Virus record (IMG/VR): IMGVR_UViG_3300034283_001314
Length of the DNA stretch: 64,000 nucleotides
From: a virus
Taxonomy: Duplodnaviria > Heunggongvirae > Uroviricota > Caudoviricetes
Direction: 5' to 3' (one strand)
How positions within the stretch are numbered: the stretch's first letter is position 1; the number at the start of each line of letters is the position of its first letter. Of this stretch, positions 38,059 through 47,727 are shown piece by piece. Below the pieces are notes generated by a model. The model did no database searches and was not told where the DNA came from. It worked only from the letters and a program-made list of their open reading frames with translations. The position numbers were made by a program, and so were the translations under genes.

Positions 38059-38907
38059 ATGAAAAAAATTAAAAGATTAGTTACAGTAACAGGAAGTAGA
38101 ACAAATACACTTTGGCATATGCTAAATCATTATAAAGATATAGTAGATGAAATGTGTATTGTTGTATATGAATGGGATGGGTTAAGTACATATAGTGCTG
38201 TACAAAAAATAGCTTTACAATTTCCAAATGCAAAAATAATTCGTAGAGAAACTAAAGAAAAGTTTAATTGGGAATATGTTACAAAACTTTATAATGATGC
38301 AAAACGATTATATCCTAACGATTGGTGGATAGTATCAGATGATGATGAATTTCATATATACTCAAAAGAGTTAGACACATTAATTGAAGAATGTGAAGAA
38401 AACGGATGGGATTTAATTAGAGGTGGATTTATTGATAGATTGGGTGATGATGGTACATTTCCTATTATAAAAGCAGATGAAGATATATTCAAACAATTTC
38501 CATTAGCAGGATTTTTTAGATACCCTATGAGTGATGCATGTCCAAACAAAGTATGTGTTATGAAAGGATATGTAGAATTAACAAACGGACAACACTACGC
38601 AATATTAAATGGTGAAGATACTTGGAGATGGAAAGGTTGGTCACATCCTTTAATAGCACCATATGAAACACATAATGTACAAGTTCATCATTTTAAATGG
38701 GATAGTACTTGTGTAGATAGAATTAAAGCAGTAGCGGATATTAAAGAAAAATATGCATACTCAGAAGAATATTTAAAAATGTATAATGCACTTAGAAAAA
38801 CCAATTTTGAAGTTGATATTATAAACAAAGAATATATGATTGAAAATATTGGAGTATGGGATTATAAACAATGGGATAAATTATTTAAAAAAATAATATC
38901 AATATAA
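38059..38907 (+). CDS. Glycosyltransferase family 2-like
   Basis: WWIVSDDDEFH, NKVCVMK, LTNGQH, VHHFKW. Confidence 0.7.
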   Translation: MKKIKRLVTVTGSRTNTLWHMLNHYKDIVDEMCIVVYEWDGLSTYSAVQKIALQFPNAKIIRRETKEKFNWEYVTKLYNDAKRLYPNDWWIVSDDDEFHIYSKELDTLIEECEENGWDLIRGGFIDRLGDDGTFPIIKADEDIFKQFPLAGFFRYPMSDACPNKVCVMKGYVELTNGQHYAILNGEDTWRWKGWSHPLIAPYETHNVQVHHFKWDSTCVDRIKAVADIKEKYAYSEEYLKMYNALRKTNFEVDIINKEYMIENIGVWDYKQWDKLFKKIISI

Positions 38908-38939
38908 TTTGGTATTGCAAAATAAAAAGTATATCTTTA
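38908..38939 (+). promoter_or_regulatory. Bacteroidota-type promoter (variant -7 box)
   Basis: TTTG(G) at 38908-38911, 20 nt spacer, TATCTTTA at 38932-38939. Confidence 0.55.
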
Positions 38940-38955
38940 TAAAAATACATATGTT

Positions 38956-39135
38956 ATGACAGACGAACAATTATTATTAGAAACTAGAAAAATTAAAGCA
39001 TTAGAAAAAATTGCTAACTCTTTAGATGCACTTACAATTTGGTTTGAAGAAATCGATAAAAAAGAATGGAGTGATAGAGCACAATACTATTTAGCAGAAT
39101 GGTATAAAACTACTCCACAAGCTAAGGGTGAATAA
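38956..39135 (+). CDS. Small hypothetical protein (59 aa), absent from the ORF track
   Basis: MTDEQLLLETRKIKALEKIANSLDALTIWFEEIDKKEWSDRAQYYLAEWYKTTPQAKGE; fills the gap between the promoter and the next ATG. Confidence 0.75.
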   Translation: MTDEQLLLETRKIKALEKIANSLDALTIWFEEIDKKEWSDRAQYYLAEWYKTTPQAKGE

Positions 39136-39137
39136 TT

Positions 39138-40559
39138 ATGCATAAATTAGGTATTATAGTACCATATAGAGATAGACCTGAACAACTTTTAGTTTTTAAA
39201 AAATCTTTAACTCAATTCTTACAAGATAAGAATATACAATATGAATTAATTGTAGTTGAGCAAGATGATGCAAAAACATTTAATAGAGGTAAGTTATTGA
39301 ATATTGGGTTTATGTATGCAAAAAGAACACAATGTGATTATGTTGTATTTCATGATGTCGATATGATACCACTAGAGGCAGATTATTCTTACTCACCACA
39401 TCCAATACATTTAGCATCTACCTTTGTATCTACATCAAAAGAATTTAATAGAATTTTATTTGATGAATATTTTGGTGGAGTAACAATGTTTCCTAGTTCT
39501 ATATTTGAAGCAATTAATGGTTACTCTAACGAATATTGGGGATGGGGATATGAAGATGATGATTTATTACATAGATGTAAGGAGTTCAATGTATCTTTGA
39601 ATAAAAAAGAAATACCACAACCAGGAAGTAATACAGCAGCATTAAAATTTAATGGACACAATTCATATGTAGAATGTAAGAATGTAATAGAACCAACAGA
39701 TTGTTATACTATATTTGCATCATTTTTTCCTAATCAATTACATTGTAATCCAGACACATATGATGATACATTTTCAGTATTAAGTGTGCCTGGTTTAGAT
39801 TTAAATATTAATTTTAATTCATATTCACGATACAATTTTGAAATATATGATGAATCGGAAAATATCAATTACATTAACTCCGATATCAAACCAAACTATA
39901 AAACTAATATTGTAGCTACAATTAATCCAGATACTAGAGAAATTAAAATGTATCAGGATGGTGAATTAGTTGCTAAAAAAATAATGGATGATAATGTATT
40001 TAATTATCGTAGACAAACAAAATTATATTTAGGTGCAGGAGATCCAAAGAGAGATGAAACCAATAAATACTTTCAGGGATTAATCAATTCAGTTGCAATA
40101 TATAATAAAATTTTAGATGATGATGAAATTAAAGAAATAGCAAATAATAAATTCTTTGGTTTAACACAAAACTTTGGAAACTATAAATCTGCGGATAATT
40201 TAAAACTATGTTACGATGCTAAGTTTATAAAATCATATCATTTAATTGATTTAAGTGGAAATAGAAACGATGGAAAGATAATGAATTGTGAAGTTGTAGG
40301 ATATCAAATAGAAGATACTAAACCTATTTATATACCACACAGACGAGAATCAACTTTTAAATTAATTCCACACGAAGAAAATGGTTTCGTAAATGGTTCT
40401 TGGAAAAATATAACAACTAGATATAATCAATTACGATACATAAATGAAGTAGCAACCGGTCACAAAAATACAAAGCATGATGGGTTATCTAATTTAACAT
40501 TTAAAGAATTGAATAGAGCTAAAATTGAAAATCAAACACATATAGTAGTATCAATATGA
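39138..40559 (+). CDS. GT7 (beta-1,4-galactosyltransferase-like) glycosyltransferase with inserted LamG domain
   Basis: IVPYRDR, FNRGKLLNIG, FHDVD, YFGGV, NGYSNEYWGWGYEDDD; LamG insert; then FKLIPH...DGLSNLTF. Confidence 0.88.
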   Translation: MHKLGIIVPYRDRPEQLLVFKKSLTQFLQDKNIQYELIVVEQDDAKTFNRGKLLNIGFMYAKRTQCDYVVFHDVDMIPLEADYSYSPHPIHLASTFVSTSKEFNRILFDEYFGGVTMFPSSIFEAINGYSNEYWGWGYEDDDLLHRCKEFNVSLNKKEIPQPGSNTAALKFNGHNSYVECKNVIEPTDCYTIFASFFPNQLHCNPDTYDDTFSVLSVPGLDLNINFNSYSRYNFEIYDESENINYINSDIKPNYKTNIVATINPDTREIKMYQDGELVAKKIMDDNVFNYRRQTKLYLGAGDPKRDETNKYFQGLINSVAIYNKILDDDEIKEIANNKFFGLTQNFGNYKSADNLKLCYDAKFIKSYHLIDLSGNRNDGKIMNCEVVGYQIEDTKPIYIPHRRESTFKLIPHEENGFVNGSWKNITTRYNQLRYINEVATGHKNTKHDGLSNLTFKELNRAKIENQTHIVVSI

Positions 40560-42004
40560 GTCATAAATTAGGAGTGTGTGTTCCATATAGAAATAGAGAA
40601 AAACACTTAAAAGAATTTTCACCACATTTACATAAGTTTCTTACCGAAAGAGGTATTGAACATAAAATATATTTTGCCCATCAAGTTGATGATAAATTAT
40701 TCAACAGAGGTAAGATGAAAAATATTGCGGCAAAGCATGCATTTGATGATGGGTGTGATTATATTGTATGGCATGATATAGATATGGTACCAGAAGATGA
40801 TTCTTGTGATTATAGTTACAATCCTGAGAACCCAAAACATTTAGCAGTAAGAATATCTCAAACAGATTATAACCTCAAATATGAGGAGTATTTCGGTGGT
40901 GCAGTACTATTCACAAAAGAACAAGTAGAGGCTACAAATGGTTACTCAAATGATTATTGGGATTGGGGAATGGAAGATGATGATTTATTTTGGAGATGTG
41001 TATTGACGGGTAATGCAGAACAACATTATTTACCAGAAATTAAAAATCAAAAATATGGTTACTTTGATGGAATAAAATCATATGCTAGAATAGATACATC
41101 CCGTTCAATTAGAAATCTTTGTTCACGTTCACATACGGTTTCAGTATTAGTAAGAGCACATCAACAAGAGGAAAAAGTTCCTATTTATTTAATCGGTGAT
41201 GAAAATAGAAGATTTTGTGAATATCCTATCTTAAGAAGACCAGGACATGATTGGGGTATATCATACAATAATAGTAGAGCATTTACTTCTATGTTATGGA
41301 ATCACGAAGCTCAATTTTTGTATTTATGGGCAAAGAGATATGAACAACAATGGACATGGGTAACCCTATCAGTTGATGACACAAAAAAAGAAATTTCTCT
41401 ATATATTAATGGAAAGAAAAGTGATGCAAGATTTGGAACAGGTGCAACATCTCCACTAGAGTACGAAGGCTTTTTAAAACGATATGGTGAAGAAGCGTAT
41501 TATATTGGAACAACCACATCCGTAGGAACAAACGCGGTTAATAGATGGTTTAGAGGTGATATTGCAAAAGTTATGATGTGGAATAGATGTTTAAACGAAG
41601 ATGAGATATTACAATTTCCAAATGATATGTTATTAAGTTATGATTTTGGTGCAACAGAAAAAAATAAATTAATAGATTTAAGTAATAATGGAAATCATGG
41701 TAAATTATTTAGAGTAGATATAAAGGAAGATGATAGTTTGAAAATTCATAATACTATCTTACCTTTCCGTAGAGATGGTAAGTTTAAATGTTTACCACAC
41801 AAAACAGAAGGATTAATTACAGTTGGTGGAGTTGATAAATGGGCAAAGGGTGAAACAACTGCTCGTAATGAAAAACGATACGTGTTGGAAATGCAGCAGG
41901 GTAAACACAATTGGAAAAATGATGGTATGAATAATTTGGAATATGAACTTATATCAATAGAAGATATAGGTAACAATTCCGTAATGATAAATTGTAAAGC
42001 ATAA
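40556..42004 (+). CDS. GT7 glycosyltransferase with inserted LamG domain, tandem paralog
   Basis: VPYRNR, FNRGKMKN, WHDID, YFGGA, NGYSNDYWDWGMEDDD; LamG insert; then FKCLPH...DGMNNLEY. Confidence 0.88.
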   Translation: MSHKLGVCVPYRNREKHLKEFSPHLHKFLTERGIEHKIYFAHQVDDKLFNRGKMKNIAAKHAFDDGCDYIVWHDIDMVPEDDSCDYSYNPENPKHLAVRISQTDYNLKYEEYFGGAVLFTKEQVEATNGYSNDYWDWGMEDDDLFWRCVLTGNAEQHYLPEIKNQKYGYFDGIKSYARIDTSRSIRNLCSRSHTVSVLVRAHQQEEKVPIYLIGDENRRFCEYPILRRPGHDWGISYNNSRAFTSMLWNHEAQFLYLWAKRYEQQWTWVTLSVDDTKKEISLYINGKKSDARFGTGATSPLEYEGFLKRYGEEAYYIGTTTSVGTNAVNRWFRGDIAKVMMWNRCLNEDEILQFPNDMLLSYDFGATEKNKLIDLSNNGNHGKLFRVDIKEDDSLKIHNTILPFRRDGKFKCLPHKTEGLITVGGVDKWAKGETTARNEKRYVLEMQQGKHNWKNDGMNNLEYELISIEDIGNNSVMINCKA

Positions 42005-43395
42005 TGGCAAGTTATGAAAAATTTGAAAAAGTAAGAGCACAACTAAATGAGGTTGGTGTTGGGTTTTGTTTAGCTAAATGGATGCAGGTAACAATGCATT
42101 TACATATAGGTCACAATCATTCATGTCACCACCCTATGACTCACGCCATTTCAACAGATGAAATTAAGAGAGATCCATCGGCACTTCACAACACTCGTTT
42201 TAAGAAATCAAAACGAAGAGAAATGTTGAATGGTGAAAAACCTAAAGAATGTGATTATTGTTGGGGTGTAGAAGATAGTTCAAATCAATTTAGTGATAGA
42301 ACATTTAAATCATCTGAACCATGGGCATATCCACATTTAGAAAAGATTAGAGAAAGTAATTGGAGAGATAATATTAATCCTTCATATGTAGAAGTTTCAT
42401 TCAGTAATGCATGTAATTTTGCCTGTTCATATTGTGCACCACCATTCTCAACAAAATGGATGGAAGAAATTGAACAACATGGTGGATATCCAACATCCGA
42501 TAATTTTAACGGATTACAACATTTTGTAGGTAGTGGTAGAATACCAATACCACAAAATCAACATAATCCATATGTTGAAGCATTTTGGAAATGGTGGCCG
42601 GAGCTATATAAAGATTTATATACATTCAGAATTACCGGTGGTGAACCTATGATGCATAAAGATACAATGAAAGTATTAGATTACATTATTGATTCACCCA
42701 ACCCAAACAAAAATTTATGTTTAAGTATTAATTCAAATTTAGGTGTACCGGAAAGTTTATACCAAAAATTCAGAGAAAAATTTAAAATTATTTCTGAAAG
42801 AGGGTTGGTAAAAGAATTAATCATTTACACAAGTTGTGATGGTTATGGTGCACAGGCAGAATACGGAAGACATGGTTTGGTGTATAATCAATTAATGGAT
42901 AGAATAGATGATTTATGTGAATACATACCTAGATTGACAGTAGATATTATGAGTACATATAATGTATTATCAGTACCTTCTTACAAAAAATTAATTACGG
43001 ATGTGTATTCATTAAAAGCAAAACATACAAACGCACTAAGATATTATAGACAACCATTATTATTAGATAGTTCATATTTAAGATATCCAAATCATCAATC
43101 TATTAAAATTTTAGATAAAGAATGGTCGCAAGAAATATGGGAACAGGCACAATTAGTTGAATTTTATGAAATGTTAAGAGAGGATGTAAACTGTTACGGA
43201 TTTAGTGATGTTGAAATTGTTAAGATTAGAAGAATATATGATTATTTTTCATCTATTGATGATGAAGATAGAATGGCACACAGAAAAGATTTTTATAAAT
43301 TTTTTACTGAACATGATAAACGTAGAGGAACTGATTTTTGTAAAACCTTTCCTGAATTGGAAGAATTTTTTCACAAATGTAAAGAAATGAAATAA
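42004..43395 (+). CDS. Radical SAM protein with N-terminal Cys-rich (SPASM/Twitch-like) domain
   Basis: CNFACSYC, ITGGEP; N-terminal FCLAKW...SCHHP...ECDYCW. Confidence 0.9.
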   Translation: MASYEKFEKVRAQLNEVGVGFCLAKWMQVTMHLHIGHNHSCHHPMTHAISTDEIKRDPSALHNTRFKKSKRREMLNGEKPKECDYCWGVEDSSNQFSDRTFKSSEPWAYPHLEKIRESNWRDNINPSYVEVSFSNACNFACSYCAPPFSTKWMEEIEQHGGYPTSDNFNGLQHFVGSGRIPIPQNQHNPYVEAFWKWWPELYKDLYTFRITGGEPMMHKDTMKVLDYIIDSPNPNKNLCLSINSNLGVPESLYQKFREKFKIISERGLVKELIIYTSCDGYGAQAEYGRHGLVYNQLMDRIDDLCEYIPRLTVDIMSTYNVLSVPSYKKLITDVYSLKAKHTNALRYYRQPLLLDSSYLRYPNHQSIKILDKEWSQEIWEQAQLVEFYEMLREDVNCYGFSDVEIVKIRRIYDYFSSIDDEDRMAHRKDFYKFFTEHDKRRGTDFCKTFPELEEFFHKCKEMK

Positions 43396-44087
43396 TGGAA
43401 CTATTTGAATTTAAAGATACTTTTTGTGTTAGTTTATTTAAAGAAACTAAATATAACACATCATTAAAACCAAATCTATTAGCAGATTTATTTCAACATT
43501 CATTCAAAATACAATGTAAATTTGTAGCAGAAAATAATGGAAAACCACAATGGATTTTTTCCAAACAAGGAATAGTTAATAGTGGTTGTTATATAGATGG
43601 TAATAATATAATATTTACATTAGCATCAACTACAAATGGCATGGACTTTTTTAATAGTCAAGCCCAATTATTATTTGATTTTGAATACGATACATTATGT
43701 AAAGTTGAATACGAAATTAATGTAAATACAAAAGAATTCATAGTATCAGTAAATGATAAAATTAGAAAAATGAATTTTGAGGGTGATATAAGTGATTATT
43801 CAAATGTACCATTGTGGATAGGAACATCAAATCCATTTTTAGAAAGCAAAAATTATTTTAATGGAAAAATATCGGAATTTATAGTTTCAAATAATGATGG
43901 TATAATTACCGATTTAGATTTCACAAATGTAAATAGATTTAAAGTGTGGGATAAAAGTGGCAATGGTAATTTTGCATATATTGAAGAATTTATGAATAAA
44001 ACAATTCAAATTAAATTAAATAAATTATTAGCAGGAAATTCATTAGAAGCAAAAGATATTAAAAATGTAAATAAAACTATTATATAA
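43395..44087 (+). CDS. Stand-alone LamG-like (ConA-fold) protein
   Basis: PLWIG...YFNGKISEF...WDKSGNGN. Confidence 0.6.
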   Translation: MELFEFKDTFCVSLFKETKYNTSLKPNLLADLFQHSFKIQCKFVAENNGKPQWIFSKQGIVNSGCYIDGNNIIFTLASTTNGMDFFNSQAQLLFDFEYDTLCKVEYEINVNTKEFIVSVNDKIRKMNFEGDISDYSNVPLWIGTSNPFLESKNYFNGKISEFIVSNNDGIITDLDFTNVNRFKVWDKSGNGNFAYIEEFMNKTIQIKLNKLLAGNSLEAKDIKNVNKTII

Positions 44088-45055
44088 TGAAAATATTAAT
44101 AACAGGTGGAGCAGGATATTTAGGTTCAGTAATAACTGAAAAAATGTTAAAAGCAGGACATAGTGTTACTTCTATTGATAACTTATCATTTAAACAATTA
44201 TCACCACTACAATTTACATCAAATCCAAATTATAATTTTATTTATGGGGATGTAAGAAATGTGGATTTTTTAAAACATCAAGTTGGGTTACATGATGTTA
44301 TCATTCCATTAGCAGCAATCGTAGGTTTTCCAGCATGTAAAGCGGACCCTAAATTAGCGTGGGAAGTAAATTATACACAAATAGAAACTATATTAGATTC
44401 AATTGGTGATGAACATATTATATTATACCCAAATACAAATAGTGGATATGGTATTGGTGAAGGACAAACAGAATGCACCGAAGAATCACCTTTAAATCCA
44501 ATATCAGTTTATGGTGAAAGTAAATGTGCAGCCGAAAAATTATTGTTAGAATGTAGTTCAGCAATATGTTTTAGATTAGCAACTGTTTTTGGAACATCAA
44601 CTAGAATGAGAACCGATTTATTAGTAAATGAATTTGTTTACAAAGCAATGACAGATAAATACATTACGGTATTTGAAAAACATTTTAAGAGAAACTTTAT
44701 TCATATTCAAGATGTAGCAAATGTATTTTTATGGGCATTGAATAACTATGAAACGATGAAACATAATGTATATAATGTAGGATTAAGTAATGCAAATTTA
44801 AGTAAACAAGAATTATTAGAAAAAATACAACAATATATTCCAGATTTTGCAATTAGTTATTCTGATTTTTATGAAGATCCGGATAAGAGAGATTATATTG
44901 TATCAAATGCAAAAATAGAAAAAACGGGTTGGAATCCAGAGTATAGTTTAAATGATGGTATTAAAGAATTGATGAAAACTTATCAGGTATTAATTCCTAG
45001 ACTTTCATTTGAATTTAGAAACGGATTTCCATTAGGTTACTCACAAACATTCTAA
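44087..45055 (+). CDS. NAD-dependent NDP-sugar epimerase/dehydratase
   Basis: LITGGAGYLG, PLAAIVG.PAC, VYGESK, FRLATVFG. Confidence 0.9.
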   Translation: MKILITGGAGYLGSVITEKMLKAGHSVTSIDNLSFKQLSPLQFTSNPNYNFIYGDVRNVDFLKHQVGLHDVIIPLAAIVGFPACKADPKLAWEVNYTQIETILDSIGDEHIILYPNTNSGYGIGEGQTECTEESPLNPISVYGESKCAAEKLLLECSSAICFRLATVFGTSTRMRTDLLVNEFVYKAMTDKYITVFEKHFKRNFIHIQDVANVFLWALNNYETMKHNVYNVGLSNANLSKQELLEKIQQYIPDFAISYSDFYEDPDKRDYIVSNAKIEKTGWNPEYSLNDGIKELMKTYQVLIPRLSFEFRNGFPLGYSQTF

Positions 45056-45056
45056 T

Positions 45057-46583
45057 ATGGCAGAATTTGTATATGCAAAAAAAGGTGATGAAACATTTCA
45101 AGAATATAGAGACAGAGCAATAAACTCACTATCTAATTCTTTTTGTGGAGCAAAGTGGTATAATGCAACTATATGGTTAAATATGGGACAAACTACTTCA
45201 TGTCATCATCCACCTGCACATAAAATACCATTAGAAGAATTAGAAAAATCATATAAAGCATTACACAATACGAACTACAAAAAAATGGTTCGTAAAGAAA
45301 TGATGCAAGGTATTAGACCTAATGAGTGTGAGTATTGCTGGAAGATTGAAGATTTAGGACCAGATAAAGTAAGTGATAGAGTTTACAAATCGGTAATCTA
45401 TACTGATGAAGAATTAATAGAAGCAAAGAATGAATTGGGATATACCAAAGATGTTGATTTAAAAACATTAGAAATCAGTTTTGATGCTAATTGTAATTTT
45501 GCATGTTCATATTGCAATGCTTCATTCAGTACAACTTGGCAAACGGATATTAAAACAAATGGTGCATACCAAAATTTAGTAACCGATGGTGCTGGAGCAT
45601 TTCACCACGCCGGCGATGATGCAATGATGTATGGTAAAGATAATAAAGATAATCCATACGTTGAAGCATTTTGGAAATGGTGGGAAGGTGAGTTACAACA
45701 TTCATTAAGAGAATTAAGAGTTACGGGTGGTGAACCTACAATGAGTAAAGATTTTTGGAAGTTAATGGATTGGTGGGAAAAAAATCCTAATTGTGATGTA
45801 CACTTTGCAGTTAATTCAAACTTAGGGCAAAAGAAAGAGTTGGTAGATAGATTAATCAAAGCAACTCATAACTTTAAATCGATTGATATTTACACATCAA
45901 ATGAAAGTTTTGGTAAGCATGCCGAATATATTAGAGATGGTTTAAAATGGGAAGTATGGAGAGAGAATGCAGAAAGAATGATTAGAGATGGTAACTTAAG
46001 AACATTCAATGTAATGATGACAATTAATGCATTATGTATTTTTAGTATTACCGATTTCTTAGATGAGATGAATAAATTAAGAGAAAAGTATATTCATAAA
46101 ACATCAGTATTAATGACACTTAATATTTTACGTTTTCCATCATTTCAATCAGTTAGTACACTATCTGAAGAAGTACGTCTAGAAAGAGCAGAACACCTTC
46201 AAAATTGGGTTGAAAACTTTGTTAAGAGTAAACCTTCATATTACAATGATACTGACCTATGGGGGTTAGTAAATCAAATATATAGATTGTGTGAATATCT
46301 TAGAGAAGTAACACAAGGACATAGATTTGCATCTGATTTGAGAAGTAGACAAAGAGATTTTAAATCTTTTTATTTACAATATGATGAAAGACGTGGTAAG
46401 AATTTTATGGAAACATTTCCTGAAATTGCAGATTGGTACGATGGACTTAGACAAAATAGATTAACTGAAACAACTGAAATTAAAAAGGTTAGGGGTGATG
46501 AAAATAATCCGTATATTAAAAATTATGTAGTTACCGATGAATTAGAAAACGATATAATAAAACATTTGAACGATGAGCAATAA
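45057..46583 (+). CDS. Radical SAM protein, paralog of 42004-43395
   Basis: CNFACSYC, VTGGEP; FCGAKW...SCHHP...ECEYCW. Confidence 0.9.
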   Translation: MAEFVYAKKGDETFQEYRDRAINSLSNSFCGAKWYNATIWLNMGQTTSCHHPPAHKIPLEELEKSYKALHNTNYKKMVRKEMMQGIRPNECEYCWKIEDLGPDKVSDRVYKSVIYTDEELIEAKNELGYTKDVDLKTLEISFDANCNFACSYCNASFSTTWQTDIKTNGAYQNLVTDGAGAFHHAGDDAMMYGKDNKDNPYVEAFWKWWEGELQHSLRELRVTGGEPTMSKDFWKLMDWWEKNPNCDVHFAVNSNLGQKKELVDRLIKATHNFKSIDIYTSNESFGKHAEYIRDGLKWEVWRENAERMIRDGNLRTFNVMMTINALCIFSITDFLDEMNKLREKYIHKTSVLMTLNILRFPSFQSVSTLSEEVRLERAEHLQNWVENFVKSKPSYYNDTDLWGLVNQIYRLCEYLREVTQGHRFASDLRSRQRDFKSFYLQYDERRGKNFMETFPEIADWYDGLRQNRLTETTEIKKVRGDENNPYIKNYVVTDELENDIIKHLNDEQ

Positions 46584-47109
46584 ATGGGATGAGTTTCAAA
46601 TTACTCCATCAAAGAAATTTGGTTATGAAGTACCAACATATACTCCATCAATTTATAGAGAATATAGAGGTGAAATATTTACAACGTTTCATTCGGGTGA
46701 ACATCCTGTTATGCAAAAAATAGGTGAAGGAAACGAAGTGCATGGTAGATTCTCAAAATCATATAAAGGTGTATTAAGAGGATTGCATTACGATAATAAG
46801 ACTTGGAAATTAGTTCAAGCGGCGGTTGGAGATATTTACCTAATTGTTTTGGATATGCGAAAAAATAGTCCTACCTTTGGGGAGTGGGAATCTTTTATGA
46901 TAACTGAGAAAGATAGAAATCAAGTATTAGTTCCGCCAGGTTTTGCAAATGGACACTATGCATTAACTGATTGTATGTTTCATTATAACCTATTTTACAA
47001 AGATGGTTATGTTGATGCAGATGAGCAAGGTGTTGTTAAATGGAACGACCCAGAATATCAAATGGATTGGCCAACGAATAATCCAATATTACAAAAAAGA
47101 GATAGATGA
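46573..47109 (+). CDS. rmlC: dTDP-4-dehydrorhamnose 3,5-epimerase family
   Basis: YREYRG.F, GVLRGLHY, WKLVQ, DMRKNSPTFGEW, VPPGFANG, WNDP...WP. Confidence 0.88.
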   Translation: MSNKWDEFQITPSKKFGYEVPTYTPSIYREYRGEIFTTFHSGEHPVMQKIGEGNEVHGRFSKSYKGVLRGLHYDNKTWKLVQAAVGDIYLIVLDMRKNSPTFGEWESFMITEKDRNQVLVPPGFANGHYALTDCMFHYNLFYKDGYVDADEQGVVKWNDPEYQMDWPTNNPILQKRDR

Positions 47110-47705
47110 AAATATTAATATTATATGTACCACGTAGTGGAACTAATTCAATATCGGAGTATTTTTTAAGACAAAATCCCAATTATCAATATTTTAATCA
47201 ACCATTTACTCGTTACAAAGAAACTGGAATTAAAAAAACAAAATACGAAGAATGTATCAAATATGAAAATGTTTTGGTAAAAAGTGACATATATAATTTT
47301 AGTTTGTTAAAAATTAGTAAAGAAAAAATTATAAATGACTTTGATAAAGTGTTATTAATATCTAGAAAAAACAAAAGAGAACAGTCCATTAGTTCTATTA
47401 CTGCACAACATAATAAAAATTTTTTAGATAAAACCAAAAGAAAATATCACTTAGCTGGCATAACTAAAGAGATGATAAAAGAACAGGAAGAAGAGTTTGT
47501 ATCTTTGGAAAATGTATTATTTGAATTAAAAGACCCATTATTTCGTTCTTTTTATTATGAAGATTTATTTTATGAAGATTTTTCTGAATTATTTGATTAT
47601 TTAAATATTACTCATATCGATGAAGATTTTAAAAATATTTTAGATAAAAGTAATAAATATAATATAGGATATCATCCTAGTAAAACCAACAAAACAATAC
47701 TTTAA
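47106..47705 (+). CDS. Sulfotransferase-like protein (Stf0-like)
   Basis: PAPS-loop-like VPRSGTN, LISRKNKREQSISS..A, FYYEDL. Confidence 0.6.
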   Translation: MKILILYVPRSGTNSISEYFLRQNPNYQYFNQPFTRYKETGIKKTKYEECIKYENVLVKSDIYNFSLLKISKEKIINDFDKVLLISRKNKREQSISSITAQHNKNFLDKTKRKYHLAGITKEMIKEQEEEFVSLENVLFELKDPLFRSFYYEDLFYEDFSELFDYLNITHIDEDFKNILDKSNKYNIGYHPSKTNKTIL

Positions 47706-47727
47706 ATTAAACATTCAAAAAAGACAA

